Shown here in pieces: positions 1 through 11,400 of a stretch of 64,000 nt of DNA (positions are counted from its first letter, which is position 1; each line of letters starts with the position of its first letter). The DNA lies in contig FLMG01000516.1 of the NCBI GenBank assembly GCA_900088475.1, positions 74,527 through 138,526 on the forward strand, written 5' to 3'. This DNA is from Hyphochytrium catenoides. Its lineage: Eukaryota; Protista; Hyphochytriomycota. The notes beneath the pieces were generated by a model. That model was not told the DNA's origin. It worked only from the letters and a program-made list of their open reading frames with translations, and ran no database searches. The position numbers and the translations under genes were made by a program.

Positions 1-1
1 C

Positions 2-253
2 AACGAGTATGGTCATGGGCTGATTAACGTCTGTGCTGCTGCCAAGAAGGCAGGCTTTGACCCTTCCAATGCTGTACGCTGCCCTGGTGAGACAGGTACT
101 CCTCCGCAGCCCACATCAACTCCAACCAACGAACCTACTCCAGCTCCCACGCCAGCCCCTACGACCGCCCTCCCGACCACCTCGGCCCCTACCCCTCCTA
201 CCTGCCGCTACCCGGCCTGGATCTGCTGCACATTCTTTGACATTTGCGATTAG
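2..253 (+). CDS. 3' end (partial) of a probable subtilisin-like (S8) protease with a Pro/Thr-rich linker and Cys-rich tip
   Basis: Frame 2 from the window start reads NEYGHGLINVCAAAKKAGFDPS...PTSTPTNEPTPAPTPAPTT...CRYPAWICCTFFDICD* (TAG 251-253). YGHGLIN resembles the YGxGxxN motif ending S8 catalytic domains; catalytic residues would lie upstream of the window. Absent from the ORF track because no start codon is in view. Confidence 0.55.
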   Translation, partial: NEYGHGLINVCAAAKKAGFDPSNAVRCPGETGTPPQPTSTPTNEPTPAPTPAPTTALPTTSAPTPPTCRYPAWICCTFFDICD

Positions 254-1224
254 ACCTTTACAGATCGTCAACCTTTCCCTGTATCACTTGGACATCGGAC
301 AAGATAGTCTTAAGTCAGTCGTTTGTGTGTGGTTCTTGCTCTAGCCAGAGCTTCCCGTTGAATAACCTTTCTACATAAGGACATTTTCTCCCATTGAGGT
401 CTTATAAATCTAGCTAAAGCGAGCTATGTCAATGGTTAAATATTATAACCCTAAGCCTATATGCTACTCAGTTCGAGGAGGTGGGAAGCGATCGCCACAC
501 AGGCCAAGCAATGACTCTCAACAGATTGGTGCGCTTGTTACTCTTGATGCTGATAGGAAGGCAGTATCGACGGGTCAGAATGCATCTCTTGCGGAGAAAC
601 AGGTCTTGTGGGTGGAACTTCGTTCTCCGATCAATATAGATAGCGCCCAACGAGCTCCCTCATGCCTTTGCTCCTCAAGGCAAACAGCTCCCTCCAGGAC
701 TCATCTCTCCGCCGATAGCGGCCATCTTTCATCTCAAGCAAGCTAAGCTGCTCTTCATTATGATGATATCACCTGCCTCCAACAGCTGTAACAGCCCTCT
801 GACCTCCGACCCCAATATTGCAAGCTCTCACACCGCACTTGCTTCATTCTTTACTTAAGGGGCCTGGTGGGATGTTCTTGTCGGCTTTGGCATCTCACAT
901 TGCTGCTTTACTTCCCGCAGCCGCAGCCATCAGTAGCCGTACAAGATACGCAGTCCAGACTTTATATCAGCAGACACTTTAGACTCCAGCCCGACTTTAT
1001 TGCAGCCGTAGCAGCAGGAGCCCTTCTGGACCCCATCAATACTATCGTCAATCCAAACCCTACTGCTTGCTCTCACACCGTACGGCTCGTTGTTGAGTAC
1101 TGACCACTACTCACTCTTCACTTGAACAGTGATGTGCTGCTGCTCTGCTGCTAGAGCAATGCTAGAGCAGCAGCAGCTGATCAAACTCTGGCGGCATGCT
1201 CGCTGGGAAATTTGAGACTAACGC

Positions 1225-1470
1225 TGTGGCTGCTGCCGCTGCTGCTGCTGCTAGTAGCTGGCTCTACTCCTGGTGCCTGCTGCTGCTGCCGCCGCTGCTG
1301 CCGCTTCGGCCCCTCCCTCCTGGTGCTTTCTGCTGGTGCTGCTAGTTCTAACTGCGGCTGCTACTGCTGCTGCTGCTGCTGCCGCCGCTGCTACCGCCGC
1401 TGCTGCCGCTTCGGGCCCTCCCTCCTGCTGCTTCTGCTGGTCCTGCTAGCTGCGGCTGCTACTGCTGAGG
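1225..1470. repeat. (CTG)/(CCG) trinucleotide-rich tract with an internal ~105-bp tandem duplication
   Basis: ccgcttcggcccctccctcctg (1301-1322) recurs as ccgcttcgggccctccctcctg (1406-1427). Each copy is flanked by ctg/ccg runs with cta interruptions. Confidence 0.85.
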
Positions 1471-2054
1471 AGGAGGAGAAAAATGATGAAGATGAAGTAA
1501 CAAGAGGAGCATCTGTAACCCCTTTCCCAGTAACCAGATCAGATTGGCTGATTCAGGCCTCGATAACTGAATCTTGCCGTGGATGTGATATGTCTCCCTC
1601 TGTATCTTATCTCTTCGCACTCCAGCAGGGGCTTCACCCTTCGACCTGCCGCTGCCCAGCAGCCAGATCAGAGAAGAACGGAGAACTATGACGAGGAGCG
1701 AACATCGAGGAGCTTCGCCAGAGTCTACTGCGCCCTTCTCACGCTTACGTACGGAAGTTCTCCAGCACTAGGACCTAGCGGCTTCCATCCTCCGTCCTCC
1801 CCTCCTTCCATCCGGGCTATAGAGTTCTCTACAACTCTGTGCAAGCCTGTGAGTGGCTCCTCCTAGTGGTCCAAATTCTCTTGGCGAATCTCCCGATCTT
1901 CCGACTAGATACTACCGCCAGCCTGTCCTTAGCCTCTAGGTCTCGGGCCGCGGAGATCGAACCCTCAGAATAGAGCTTTCTAGTTGTGGAGAAGAAGTAA
2001 ACAGACTGCAAGTAAGCGTAAGGTAGTCCCCAGTCCTCGGGCTCGGTGGCCTGT

Positions 2055-4504
2055 ATGTCGTACAAATTCCTCTCTAGCTTCTTTCCACGGTTCCAGCAGG
2101 GGGTCCAGAACATTCTGGACAATGACCTTGTCAAGCCATTTCTAACGCCTCTCTCTTCAGAAGGTCAGCGTCGCCACAAGGCCGGACAAGCTGACTCTAT
2201 TCTTCAATCTCCATTCATCTCTTCTCCATTCCGTGTCATCTGCCATGCTCCAGCCCGGTCACGCGACTGCATTGGCCTTCGGAAATCTGATCTGATGTCC
2301 TATGATGACTTTCCTCTTTGTCACTCTCTCTTCTTACTCTCCCCTTCTCTGTCAGTCTCTCTCTCTCTCTCTTCTATTCTCTCTTCATTCCGGTCCTCTT
2401 TCCCCAGTTCTCTTTCTACAACGTTTGACCGACTCAGAACATCCACCGTCATGCTCATATCTCTGTAGACGTGTATGTGTGGAAGGACATCCCCTACAAG
2501 GAGCACAGCGACCATGACAAGCACAAACTGGTACGGAATATATTGTCAAGAATTACTGCCTTTGGGCTGGGTGGCCGGTACATCGGGGGCGAGAGAGGAA
2601 GAGATATTGGGAGATATAGAAGAAAGGAGGAAGAAGTGACGACAATCGAAGGTAACAAGCAAACGAAAGAGGGAGACGGAGGAGGGAAACGGATAGAGAA
2701 GTGCAGAGTGTAAACAATATTTCCCTGTCTTCCTCTTCGCCAGGATGTCTACGTCCCGTCCAAGCCGTTCCCCCGCAAGCCCTCGCCCGTTTGTGTCTTC
2801 GTTCACGGCGGATCCTGGATGCGCGGAGACAGGAACTATAACTCGGTGCTCTATAAGAATGTTGGATTAGCCTGTGCCCGCGCAGGGATCGTAGGAGTGG
2901 TCATCAGCTATAGGTTATCCCCTGAGGTATGGTCGAGGGTACAGCTTTAGCAGAAAGAGCTATTGCTTCTCTGTAGGTTTTCTCTGTGCCTTACTCCCTT
3001 GGCGGTTCTAAGTACTCTTCATATCTCTCGACCGCTCCGTCGCCCCATGCTCTACGCACTTGCACCCGCTCTAACTTGTTGATCCGATGTCACCTTAGGT
3101 CCAGCATCCTGGGCACGTGAATGACGTGAGGTCAGCAACAGAATGGGTAGCGAAGAATGTCTCCAAGGTGCAAGAACCGGCCCGCCTCCCTCACACACCT
3201 TCCTCTCCTGAGCCTTGATCTCTTTATCCCAAGTCTTTTTCAAGCGCTAGCTCTTGCTTGTCAAAATCTCTGGAAGTCTATAAACAGCTCTGTTTTTCTT
3301 CCTGCGTCCCAATCCTGAGAGTCATTGCTCTCCTCTCATACCATTTGACAATTGACCTTTGCCTTTTGGTGTTGGTACCCCATACTCTAGTGACTGACGG
3401 CTGGTTGATTTGGTTGCACGTTTTCTCTCCCTCTCTCGCTCACGCACTCTGTTGCTCTCTCTACCATCCATCTGTCTCCTTCTCTCTTTCTTCCTCTCTC
3501 TCTAATACTAGTACGGTGGAGATGACAAGCGGGTGGTGTTGGCGGGCCATAGTGCGGGCGCCCACCTTGTCTCTCTTATGCTTTGCGAGGAGCAACTGCC
3601 GGACTCTATTCAGCGCTCAGTAAAGGGCTTTGTGGGCATCAGCGGCGTGTATGACCTAATCAGTCTGCAGGACCGGCTGTCACTAGCCCCGTACATGGTA
3701 AGGGATTAACTTACGGCGCCAGGAGGAGGGAGATTGTTACAACGAGAGACAAAAGACCGAGACGAAAAAGGAAAAGGACTTTAGTCGGGAAGATGACGAA
3801 GAGATTGGCGGAACGCCAGCCTGACTAAGTAAAGGTTACCAAGCAACCAAGGAACAGAGAAAGAGGAAGGAGAGAGATGGTCTGACGGGTTCAGAGAGTA
3901 TAACAAGATCGCATGTTTGATGTCAAGTCTAGCGACTGTTATAACAGAGAGTCTTGTTCCTCTCTCTCTCTCTAGATTGGGCCAGTCTTTGGAGAGGAGG
4001 TCAAGACTTGGGAAGAGGTGCGTGTGACTGCTGTGGCCTCAGTGCTTCACTGCTTGCCTCGTTCGCCCTATGCCTCGCCCCTTGCCTCTACTTTTCCACT
4101 CATTCTGTCTCTATTCTCTCCAAAGGCTTCACCACTCCACCGGCTGAGGGAGACAGAGCCGCAGAGGAAGATGCTAATAGATAGGATTCCTGTGCTTCTC
4201 TTAACTGGCGAAGAGGAATGGGGTCTTGAAGAGCATTCTGTGGCGATGGATCGCGTGCTGAGGGAAAGAAGGAAAGGCGAAGAGTCAAGGGTGGGTGGAT
4301 TCGAAAACTGTGTTACCCGGTTAAGCTGGGCCATCCTAGCTCTCCTTTAACTTACTGGCGGTCTTTCTTCTCTGTCAGGCGCCCGTGATGAAGGAGATTA
4401 TCCGCCGCCGCAATCATATCTCTGTGATCACCTCCGTCGGACAGGAGCAAGATGACGCCACACGGTTCCTGACAGAGTTCTGTCACTCCATAGCCGAGGA
4501 CTGA
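2055..4504 (+). CDS. Alpha/beta-hydrolase, HSL/ICME/kynurenine-formamidase-like carboxylesterase (8 exons)
   Basis: GT-AG splicing (e.g. introns 2531-2743, 3698-3975) gives MSYKFLSS...DIPY...KLDVYVP...PVCVFVHGGSWMRGD...VISYRLSPE...YGGDDKRVVLAGHSAGAHL...GISGVYDL...RNHISVI...IAED* (TGA 4502-4504). This has the HGG oxyanion motif, the GxSxG nucleophile and a C-terminal His. Confidence 0.9.
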
Positions 4505-5483
4505 GACCTGTTGATCCTTGATTCTCTCTAGTCCCTTTCCCTCCGTATTCTGGCTAGTGTCCCATCAGCTAGTTCTCGACCATGGGATGCTGGGCTTAGG
4601 AAGGAGAAAAGAGCGGAATGGCTGCGCGACCATAGATAGAGAATCTTTCCGTCAATTCTGACAGACTCGACTTCTCCTTCAGTGAGACCAAGTATAGATC
4701 TTTCTTCTGTCTGTCTCTCTACTTTCTTTTTGAAACCACCAATTTTGCGGACGAACTGTACCACTTTTCCTTGGCCAGCCTGAGAGGTGGAGACGGTAAG
4801 CGACGGCCGGAGCGGATATGGCGATGCCGGCAAGCAAGCTAAGCTGCGGAATAATAAACTTCCTGTGCGCGGCATCGCTCTGCGTTTCCTGTTTGTTTCT
4901 AAAGTTCTGCATGGTTCCCACACCGATGAAGAGAGGCAAGTAGATCAGTTGAGAAGGCAGAGGGACACTATGGTCATCATGACTAACCAGAGTGAAGGCT
5001 GAGAGATAATGAAGATGCCCTAGTAATCAGTGAGTTGTGAGCTTGTTTCCAACTCACTCCGCAGCCAGCGTAGAACAAAGGATAAGAGGACCTGCACAAG
5101 GGCATCCCTCTGCAATTCTCTTCCTTCCTTGTACGCTTGGTCTTCCGATCTTAGCTCGAAACAATCGCTATAATACTCAGCTTTCCTGTCGTCTCTACCC
5201 TCTACTCCTCTCATCACTATCTTCGTCTAGGATCCGCGTCTCTAGGATATCTAATAGTAGGAAACAAATGCTCTGCTAGTTGGGATCTGACTCTTACGCG
5301 ACATGTTCAGCTTCTCTGAACTATATTTGTACTGGGAGGACGGCGAAGTGGTCCTTTCACTCTTTTTGGCCAGAGCAGCCTCTTTCTTCCTTACTCACAC
5401 TCTCTATTCATGCCCCTGGTCTCTCTTTAACGCGTCAACTAGGCATCTTTTTGAAGATATAGAGGTGCAGAACGATAGCCTCT

Positions 5484-8400
5484 TTATTTATTCTTCACCA
5501 CGGCAGGCGCCACCATGAAGGTGAAGACGTTACCCTGTTTCAAAATGGGAGAGGCTCTGTGTCTGGCTCTCTTCCTCGTGAGAATGATCTCTCTGATGTC
5601 CTCCACCAGCACCTTGTTGATTTCATGGAAGCTGTGACGCATGCTGTGGATGTTCTGGTCCAGCCACGTCGTGTCCATCACGTCCACATCTAAGTACTTT
5701 CTCCTCAATAACACCGAAGAACAAACTCCTTTTTGGCTGAAAATGCGCCGGTGTTGAAAGCCATACTTGGTACCATCAGCGTGATAGATGTCGGCGTCGT
5801 CAGTGATAATATCCTCAATGCCGAGGATCGTACCGTCGTTCTCTCTCTCTCGCTCTTGCTCTTTCTCATTCGCTGTTCCTCTTTTATCGCGGGCCATGAG
5901 CAGCTTGTTAATCGCTACTATCTGATCTCCTCCATGAGCTTCTCTCTCTTCACTTTTCCTGTCTGTCATCTTATAGATCTCATACAGATGTCGGCCTAGA
6001 GAACGAGAGACCTTGTCTCGCAATACTCTGGCGACCAACTCTCCTCCTGAGAGGGCGAAGTCCTTGGTATCGCCGTAGATGGAGATGTGACGGCAGTAGC
6101 GGCGTAGAGAGTCATAGTCCTTAGAGACAAACTGCTCTAGACTATAGTCTGGGTTCAGAAGAATGACTGAATCGAGCGAAATCTGGCGAGATGAGCTGGT
6201 GAAGGTAGTTGAAGACGAAGAGCTTCCGTCTCTGGTCCTGAAGACTTCTTCAAAGCTTTGCAGAGCGTTAAAGAAGAGTCTTGCGCCCCTGAATGGCAGG
6301 AAGAGGGACACGACATAGCAGTAAAAATTAGCTCGGTCCGTACGAGGGTGTAGCAACTGAGAGTAAGGTGACGGCGAACTAACGAGCTCAGTCAGAGTCT
6401 GAAAGTGGACACAGATGATAGGGGACATGCATAAAACGCAAGCCAGAACCACAGAGAGAGAGAGAAGAGAGAGACCAGAGAGGAGACAGAGACGGCGCGC
6501 GAGAAAAAAATTGACAGAGAAAGAGAGGAGCAAGCAGTGGCCAGAAAGAGAGAGCAGGTAAGAGCAGAAGATGGCAGAGACAGAGCAGAGTGGAAGAAGA
6601 GCGCAAGTGAAAGAAGTAAGGGAGATAATGTTTGGTCGCACAGCAGCATCGCAGCGGATATCACAGATGCCAGACATTATAGAAAAGGCGCGGAAGAGAG
6701 GGAAAGGGCCTTACATGCTGTGAGAAAGGATGTGCACGGAAGTTATGCCGCCCAGCGCCAGTGACTGCAACAGATCTATGAAGTGAGCTCTTGATGTCTC
6801 GCCCTCACACATCCGCAGCGCCCAGTGGTAGGTCAGAGGCGTGCCGCTGGGCCAGCTGAAGACGACAGGTACTATATACGGAGGATAGTCCCCCAGCGTC
6901 ACCATTTGAGCGATGCGCGTCGCTGCATTGTCGGTAGAAGAGTTATATCCAGGAATAAAGATCAGCGCGGTTAAGTCATTCCTCGACTTTTTCTTCCAGC
7001 CTTGAATCTGAAGCTTTCCACCGATGGCGGCCTCTAGGTCTCTCTCAGCTTCTCTCTCTTTTCCTGCGGCTCCTCGCTCTGTCTGTTCCTCAATGGAAAT
7101 TACGACGCTCTTGGGCGGAGAAGTCTTGCTTCCTTCTGCTTGTTCATGGCCTGCGATGAGTAGCCCATGGTTGCAGGGATCCACCTGGATCTCCACGCTC
7201 TCTTGGTGCTTCTCATGGAGTAGGAAATCTAACGGGGTGACCACGGAGGCCACAGCGTCTGCTACTCGAAGAGACGGGGACGGAAGAAGGATGTACCGGA
7301 CACTGGGAAGAAATTTAAAGAACTGTCCCGAGACAGAGCACTCTACGCTAGCCACTCCCACATGTAGGCCATTAGGATGATATGCCGGGAACGTCCACGT
7401 AGAAGCATTGTCTTTCTCTTGGCGATCATGCACGACCAGCACACGTACGGCTTTGAAAGAGTAGCCCGTCCCATACTCTCTGCTAAGGAACGGCGCGACA
7501 GGGATTCCATGGTCCCACATTCCTCTCAGCACCTCTCCGTGGTAGCTACTCTCTTCCCACTGCCCATAGCCGTGCGGTCTTCTCTCTCTGTCAACTCCTC
7601 CCCGGTAGGAAATGAGACGTCGAGCCTTCAAGCCGCACCAAGCCCTCGAAAGGTAGGATATCTCATTGGGAGTGCGGCCTTGGCGTAGGTTGAACCACCA
7701 GTTGGCACTGAGCTTGTTTGTCCGCACGAGGAAAGGGTAGAAGGAGTGCGTGGTGAGATAGGCGAGTAGAGTGATGAACTCGAGAGAGAGAACCGCAGTC
7801 CAGACGACGTCTCTCCATTGATTGTACTCTTCGCTGGAGAGAGGAAGTTTGGAGGAGGACAAGTCGTAGTAGAAGAGGCCCGTCACTTGGTCTGTTGCCA
7901 CGAACATCACAATCCAGGCCATCACAATCCTAAACGAAGAGAGAGAGGGAGAGAGAAAGAGAAGAAGAAGTAAGCGACAACAGTCCTAGCTGGACACACA
8001 CAAATAAACAGGGCAGAGAAAGAAAGTGAGAACATGGGACAGGCGCTTTGAGCGGAAAAGAGATGAGCGGTGCACTAAAGAAGGATCATAAGTGGGCAGC
8101 CCAGAACAAGAAGAAAGATGCCTCTGGAACTTATCAGCATAGCAAATGGAAAGGAAAGAGGAGAAGGAGAGAGGGAGCGAAAGAGAAGGAACGGGCAGTT
8201 AGACGCAGAGAGTTAAGAAAGAAGAGTGGCATTCTTAGTAAGGCAGCGAGACACCCAGGAGAAATGCATGTCACGGAAGACAGCGATACACAGGGGGGAA
8301 CAGAGAGGGACAACCAGGACAAAGAGAGCGACAGAGAGAGAGAGGGAGAGAAAGAGACGTAGAGAGATACACAGAGAGGGGTGAGAGAGACACAGAGAGG

Positions 8401-8960
8401 GAGGGGGTGAGAGAGAGAGAGAGACAGACAAACGAGTGAATGTCTCTCGTTTCCCTCAGCCGAAGTGCCTACCAGTACAAGCACCACTTGACGACAAGCG
8501 CATAGTTGAGATAGAAGTAGATGACGACCACGAAGCCCACTCCCAGACAGAGAATCTCTATAATATTTCGATTGGAGAACGACACCTCGCGCACCAGCTT
8601 GTCCAGCCCCGTCCCCTGTGTGTTATCCTTATAGTTCGTCGTATAGATGATGCCAGCCACAAGCGCTAGAATGATAGAGGCGAGGATGAAGTAGGTGACG
8701 AACTTTGAGAGCGCAGAGTACTTCTTATACACGCCAAAGTAGCGCCGTTTGATCCTTCGATTTTGCATGTAGGTGAAGGTCGTGCCATAGTTCCACGATG
8801 TGCTACCTTCTGCCGGGCCCGGAGGAGAAGACTTCAACGGCCCGATAAGAGCCAGCGTGCTGTCGCCCTGCTGGTGGGTGCTGGGTGAAGCGTCTGGTGC
8901 CTCTTCTAAGCTTATATAGGGAGCGTTAGAGCGAGGCGAGAGCGGGGCCTCAAGCTCCAT
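5484..8960 (-). CDS. Multi-pass membrane protein with a C-terminal DUF900-type alpha/beta-hydrolase domain (3 exons: 8960-8473, 7929-6715, 6288-5484)
   Basis: Phase-compatible GT-AG joins. About four hydrophobic segments at the N-terminus. LIFIPGYNSS, VFSWPSG, VHILSHSMGARL (HSMG is formed across intron 2), ILLNPD, IYGDTKDFAL and MRHSF are typical of DUF900-like esterases. Confidence 0.8.
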
Positions 8961-10549
8961 TCTTAGAGAAGTATGCCCCCTCTTGTCGGGCTCACTGTCC
9001 CGCTAGAGCTGTCGCCGGTGACCGGAGTGTGTCTCTCATGCTACGGCGCCGCCGCCAGCATGAAGCTTGTGCCAATGGACTCTGAAGAGCTGAAGGCTGG
9101 AGGACAGGAGCTTCTGATGCTGCGGAGGCGGGAGATGCTGACGTTTGACCAGCTCTCTAAGCCACATCTCACGCGCTAATCCTTTCTCTTTCCTCGAGTC
9201 GGCTGTCGTCTTTCTCTCCCCTTTCATTCTGTCTTCTCTTTTATTTCTCTCTCTCTCTCTGTCTCTCTGTCTATGGTTTACAGTCAATGTATTGGTGTAT
9301 CTCTTTCTCCCTCTTTCTCTCCTAACTGGCAGCTGTCAACTTCTGTGTCCTTTCAAGCTTCACCTTTCCTCTCCGCCTCGGGATTGGCAACTATTCTGGA
9401 GAAAGATGAACTTTGATTGTATTCAGGAGAAGCCTCATCCTGGTCCCGTATAAATGAAAGCTGTTCGCTGTTATTCTGTATACCTTAGCAAATTAGGAAT
9501 AGATGGACGGATTATCTGGAACATTATCGGGCAGGGCGGCAGGGCAGAGGGACAAAAAGGAAGAAACTCATCATCTAGCTCATCAGAGCTGCGGAACGGA
9601 CGGAGAAGAGAGAGACAACAGGACAAAGGCAAGCAAGTTGCTGACGGGGAGAGAGAAGGAGAGAAAGACAGACAGAGACACTGGAGGCTTTGCATCAGAT
9701 TGTGCACGGACCAAGGTGTTAGAGTACATTCATCGACGCAGGGCCAGCTCATGAAGGCGGGACATGGCTGTGGACTTTCATTGTTAGACCTGGTAGACCG
9801 AAAGTTCTCCCGCTCATGGGCAACCGCAGGCTCCCTCAGGCTCCCCATCCTTGTTGAGAGATGCGCAGGGCCACAGAGGACACTTAAGGGCAGAGAAGTG
9901 CCCAAGTATTATACGGACTATTAGCAGATAGCTCCTAGAAAAGATTCTCTGAAGACACCACCACCTCCTCCCTCAGCAGCGTTATCATCTATTGTGACAA
10001 GGAATCGTGCAGCTCCTCCTTTTCTGGCGTCAGACTTCTTTCTCTCTTCGCTTCGTGGTAACGCAAGTTAATAAGCCTCTCCCGTCTCCAACGGTTTGAC
10101 CTCTTCTTCTTGCTTTTTTCTCAAAGGAGAGGAAGAGGGTAAACAGCAGTAGGAGGGTTAGTCACGTTATGGTTAGATACCGACTTTTCGGCAGAGGTGT
10201 ACGACAACGACGCCTCTCCCTCCTGCTGCCCAGCAGAGCCACTGTCTAACGTCCTCCTGGCTAGAGAAAGATAATCTAAGGGCTGACGGCTTGCGACCCA
10301 TTGAAATGCGTAAGTAGGTCCAAGGATTATGCTCCATCCCTCTCGATCATCCCCTGATCCTCGTACATGTGGTCACCCTAAGGGCCACAAGTGGCAGGCT
10401 TATAGCCTTGGCGATAACCCTAACTAACGACAGAAAAAGATGCATCCGGTTGGCGATTCCGCCACGTCCATGGAGAGGCATACGATGAGACATATCCCAC
10501 TAAGTGTTTTTGTTTTTTATAGAGAAACGAGAGCGTACGATAGCGCCTA

Positions 10550-11400
10550 GGGATAATGGAAAGCAGCTCTCCGCGTCATCTCGGGCTTATTGTCTGGGAC
10601 TGAACCATTGCAAGCTCTTCCTCCTCCTTTCAGGGGTGACCAAGGTGCCCAAGACATTCTGCTATACTCTATGCCCAAGCTCCCCGAGGTCTTCTTCTTC
10701 GACCTCTTTGGTAGGCAAAGAAGTATATGCTCTGGTGCTTTCACTCCACCACCCTCCTCTCGATCGATGTCGCGGCAAGGAGCGCAAGCACTTGATGATC
10801 GTGGCTGCAGCCACAAACGTGGGGAATGCAAGAGACCGAAAAGAGATAGATGGACATGCTTGCAGTTCGCAAGACGGCAATTGGACTTAGCAAAGCTCTT
10901 GATGATATTGTCCGCTGCACACTTCAACAACCTTAGAGCCGTCAGTAGCACCTAAACCTTGAAGGAGGAAGATGAGGAACGATACTATTTTTGCCATAGT
11001 AGAAGCCATCTTCTGCTATGAATGACCTCTCGGCGCCTTCAACCTTTCTCAGAAGTGTAGAGACACCAGGAATCATCAGTAAGACAGCAATAATCAAGCC
11101 CGCTACCATATTCTTCCCTTCGGACACCGCATGATGAAAGCCAGTAGTAGCTTCCAGCGGCTGCTGTTCATCTTTATGGTGGCCACTCCTGCCATCAGCA
11201 TCAAAGTGCTGAAGGACTAGCAATCCCACAGATTTGAATCTTGTGCCCTTTGTCAGACAGTCCAGAATCCTAATCGTCTCGTCAAACCGTGGGCCAGTAG
11301 TAGTGATAATGGTAGGCTTCTGCTCTTATGCGGTCGTGTCCTCCCTATCCTACAAACCGACTACTTGTCTTCTCACACAGACACCCGACCTCCGCCGCAC
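10550..11400 (-). pseudogene. Degenerate coding-like frame of unknown identity
   Basis: The frame of ORF 10942-11229 extends upstream (EQKPTIITTTGPRFDETIRILDCLTKGTRFKSVGLLVLQHFDADGRSGHHKD...) through isolated TAA/TAG stops. No family recognised. Confidence 0.3.

Noticed and set aside
640-1110. Possible ankyrin-repeat relic (gctctcacaccg recurs at about 825 and 1069)
   Set aside because: The match is too short and no TPLH-like consensus is recoverable, so it cannot be supported.
1212-1691. 159-aa Cys/Leu-rich ORF resembling a secreted cysteine-rich peptide
   Set aside because: It has a TTG start, and the poly-Cys/Leu comes from the CTG/CCG repeat tract, which stays open trivially.
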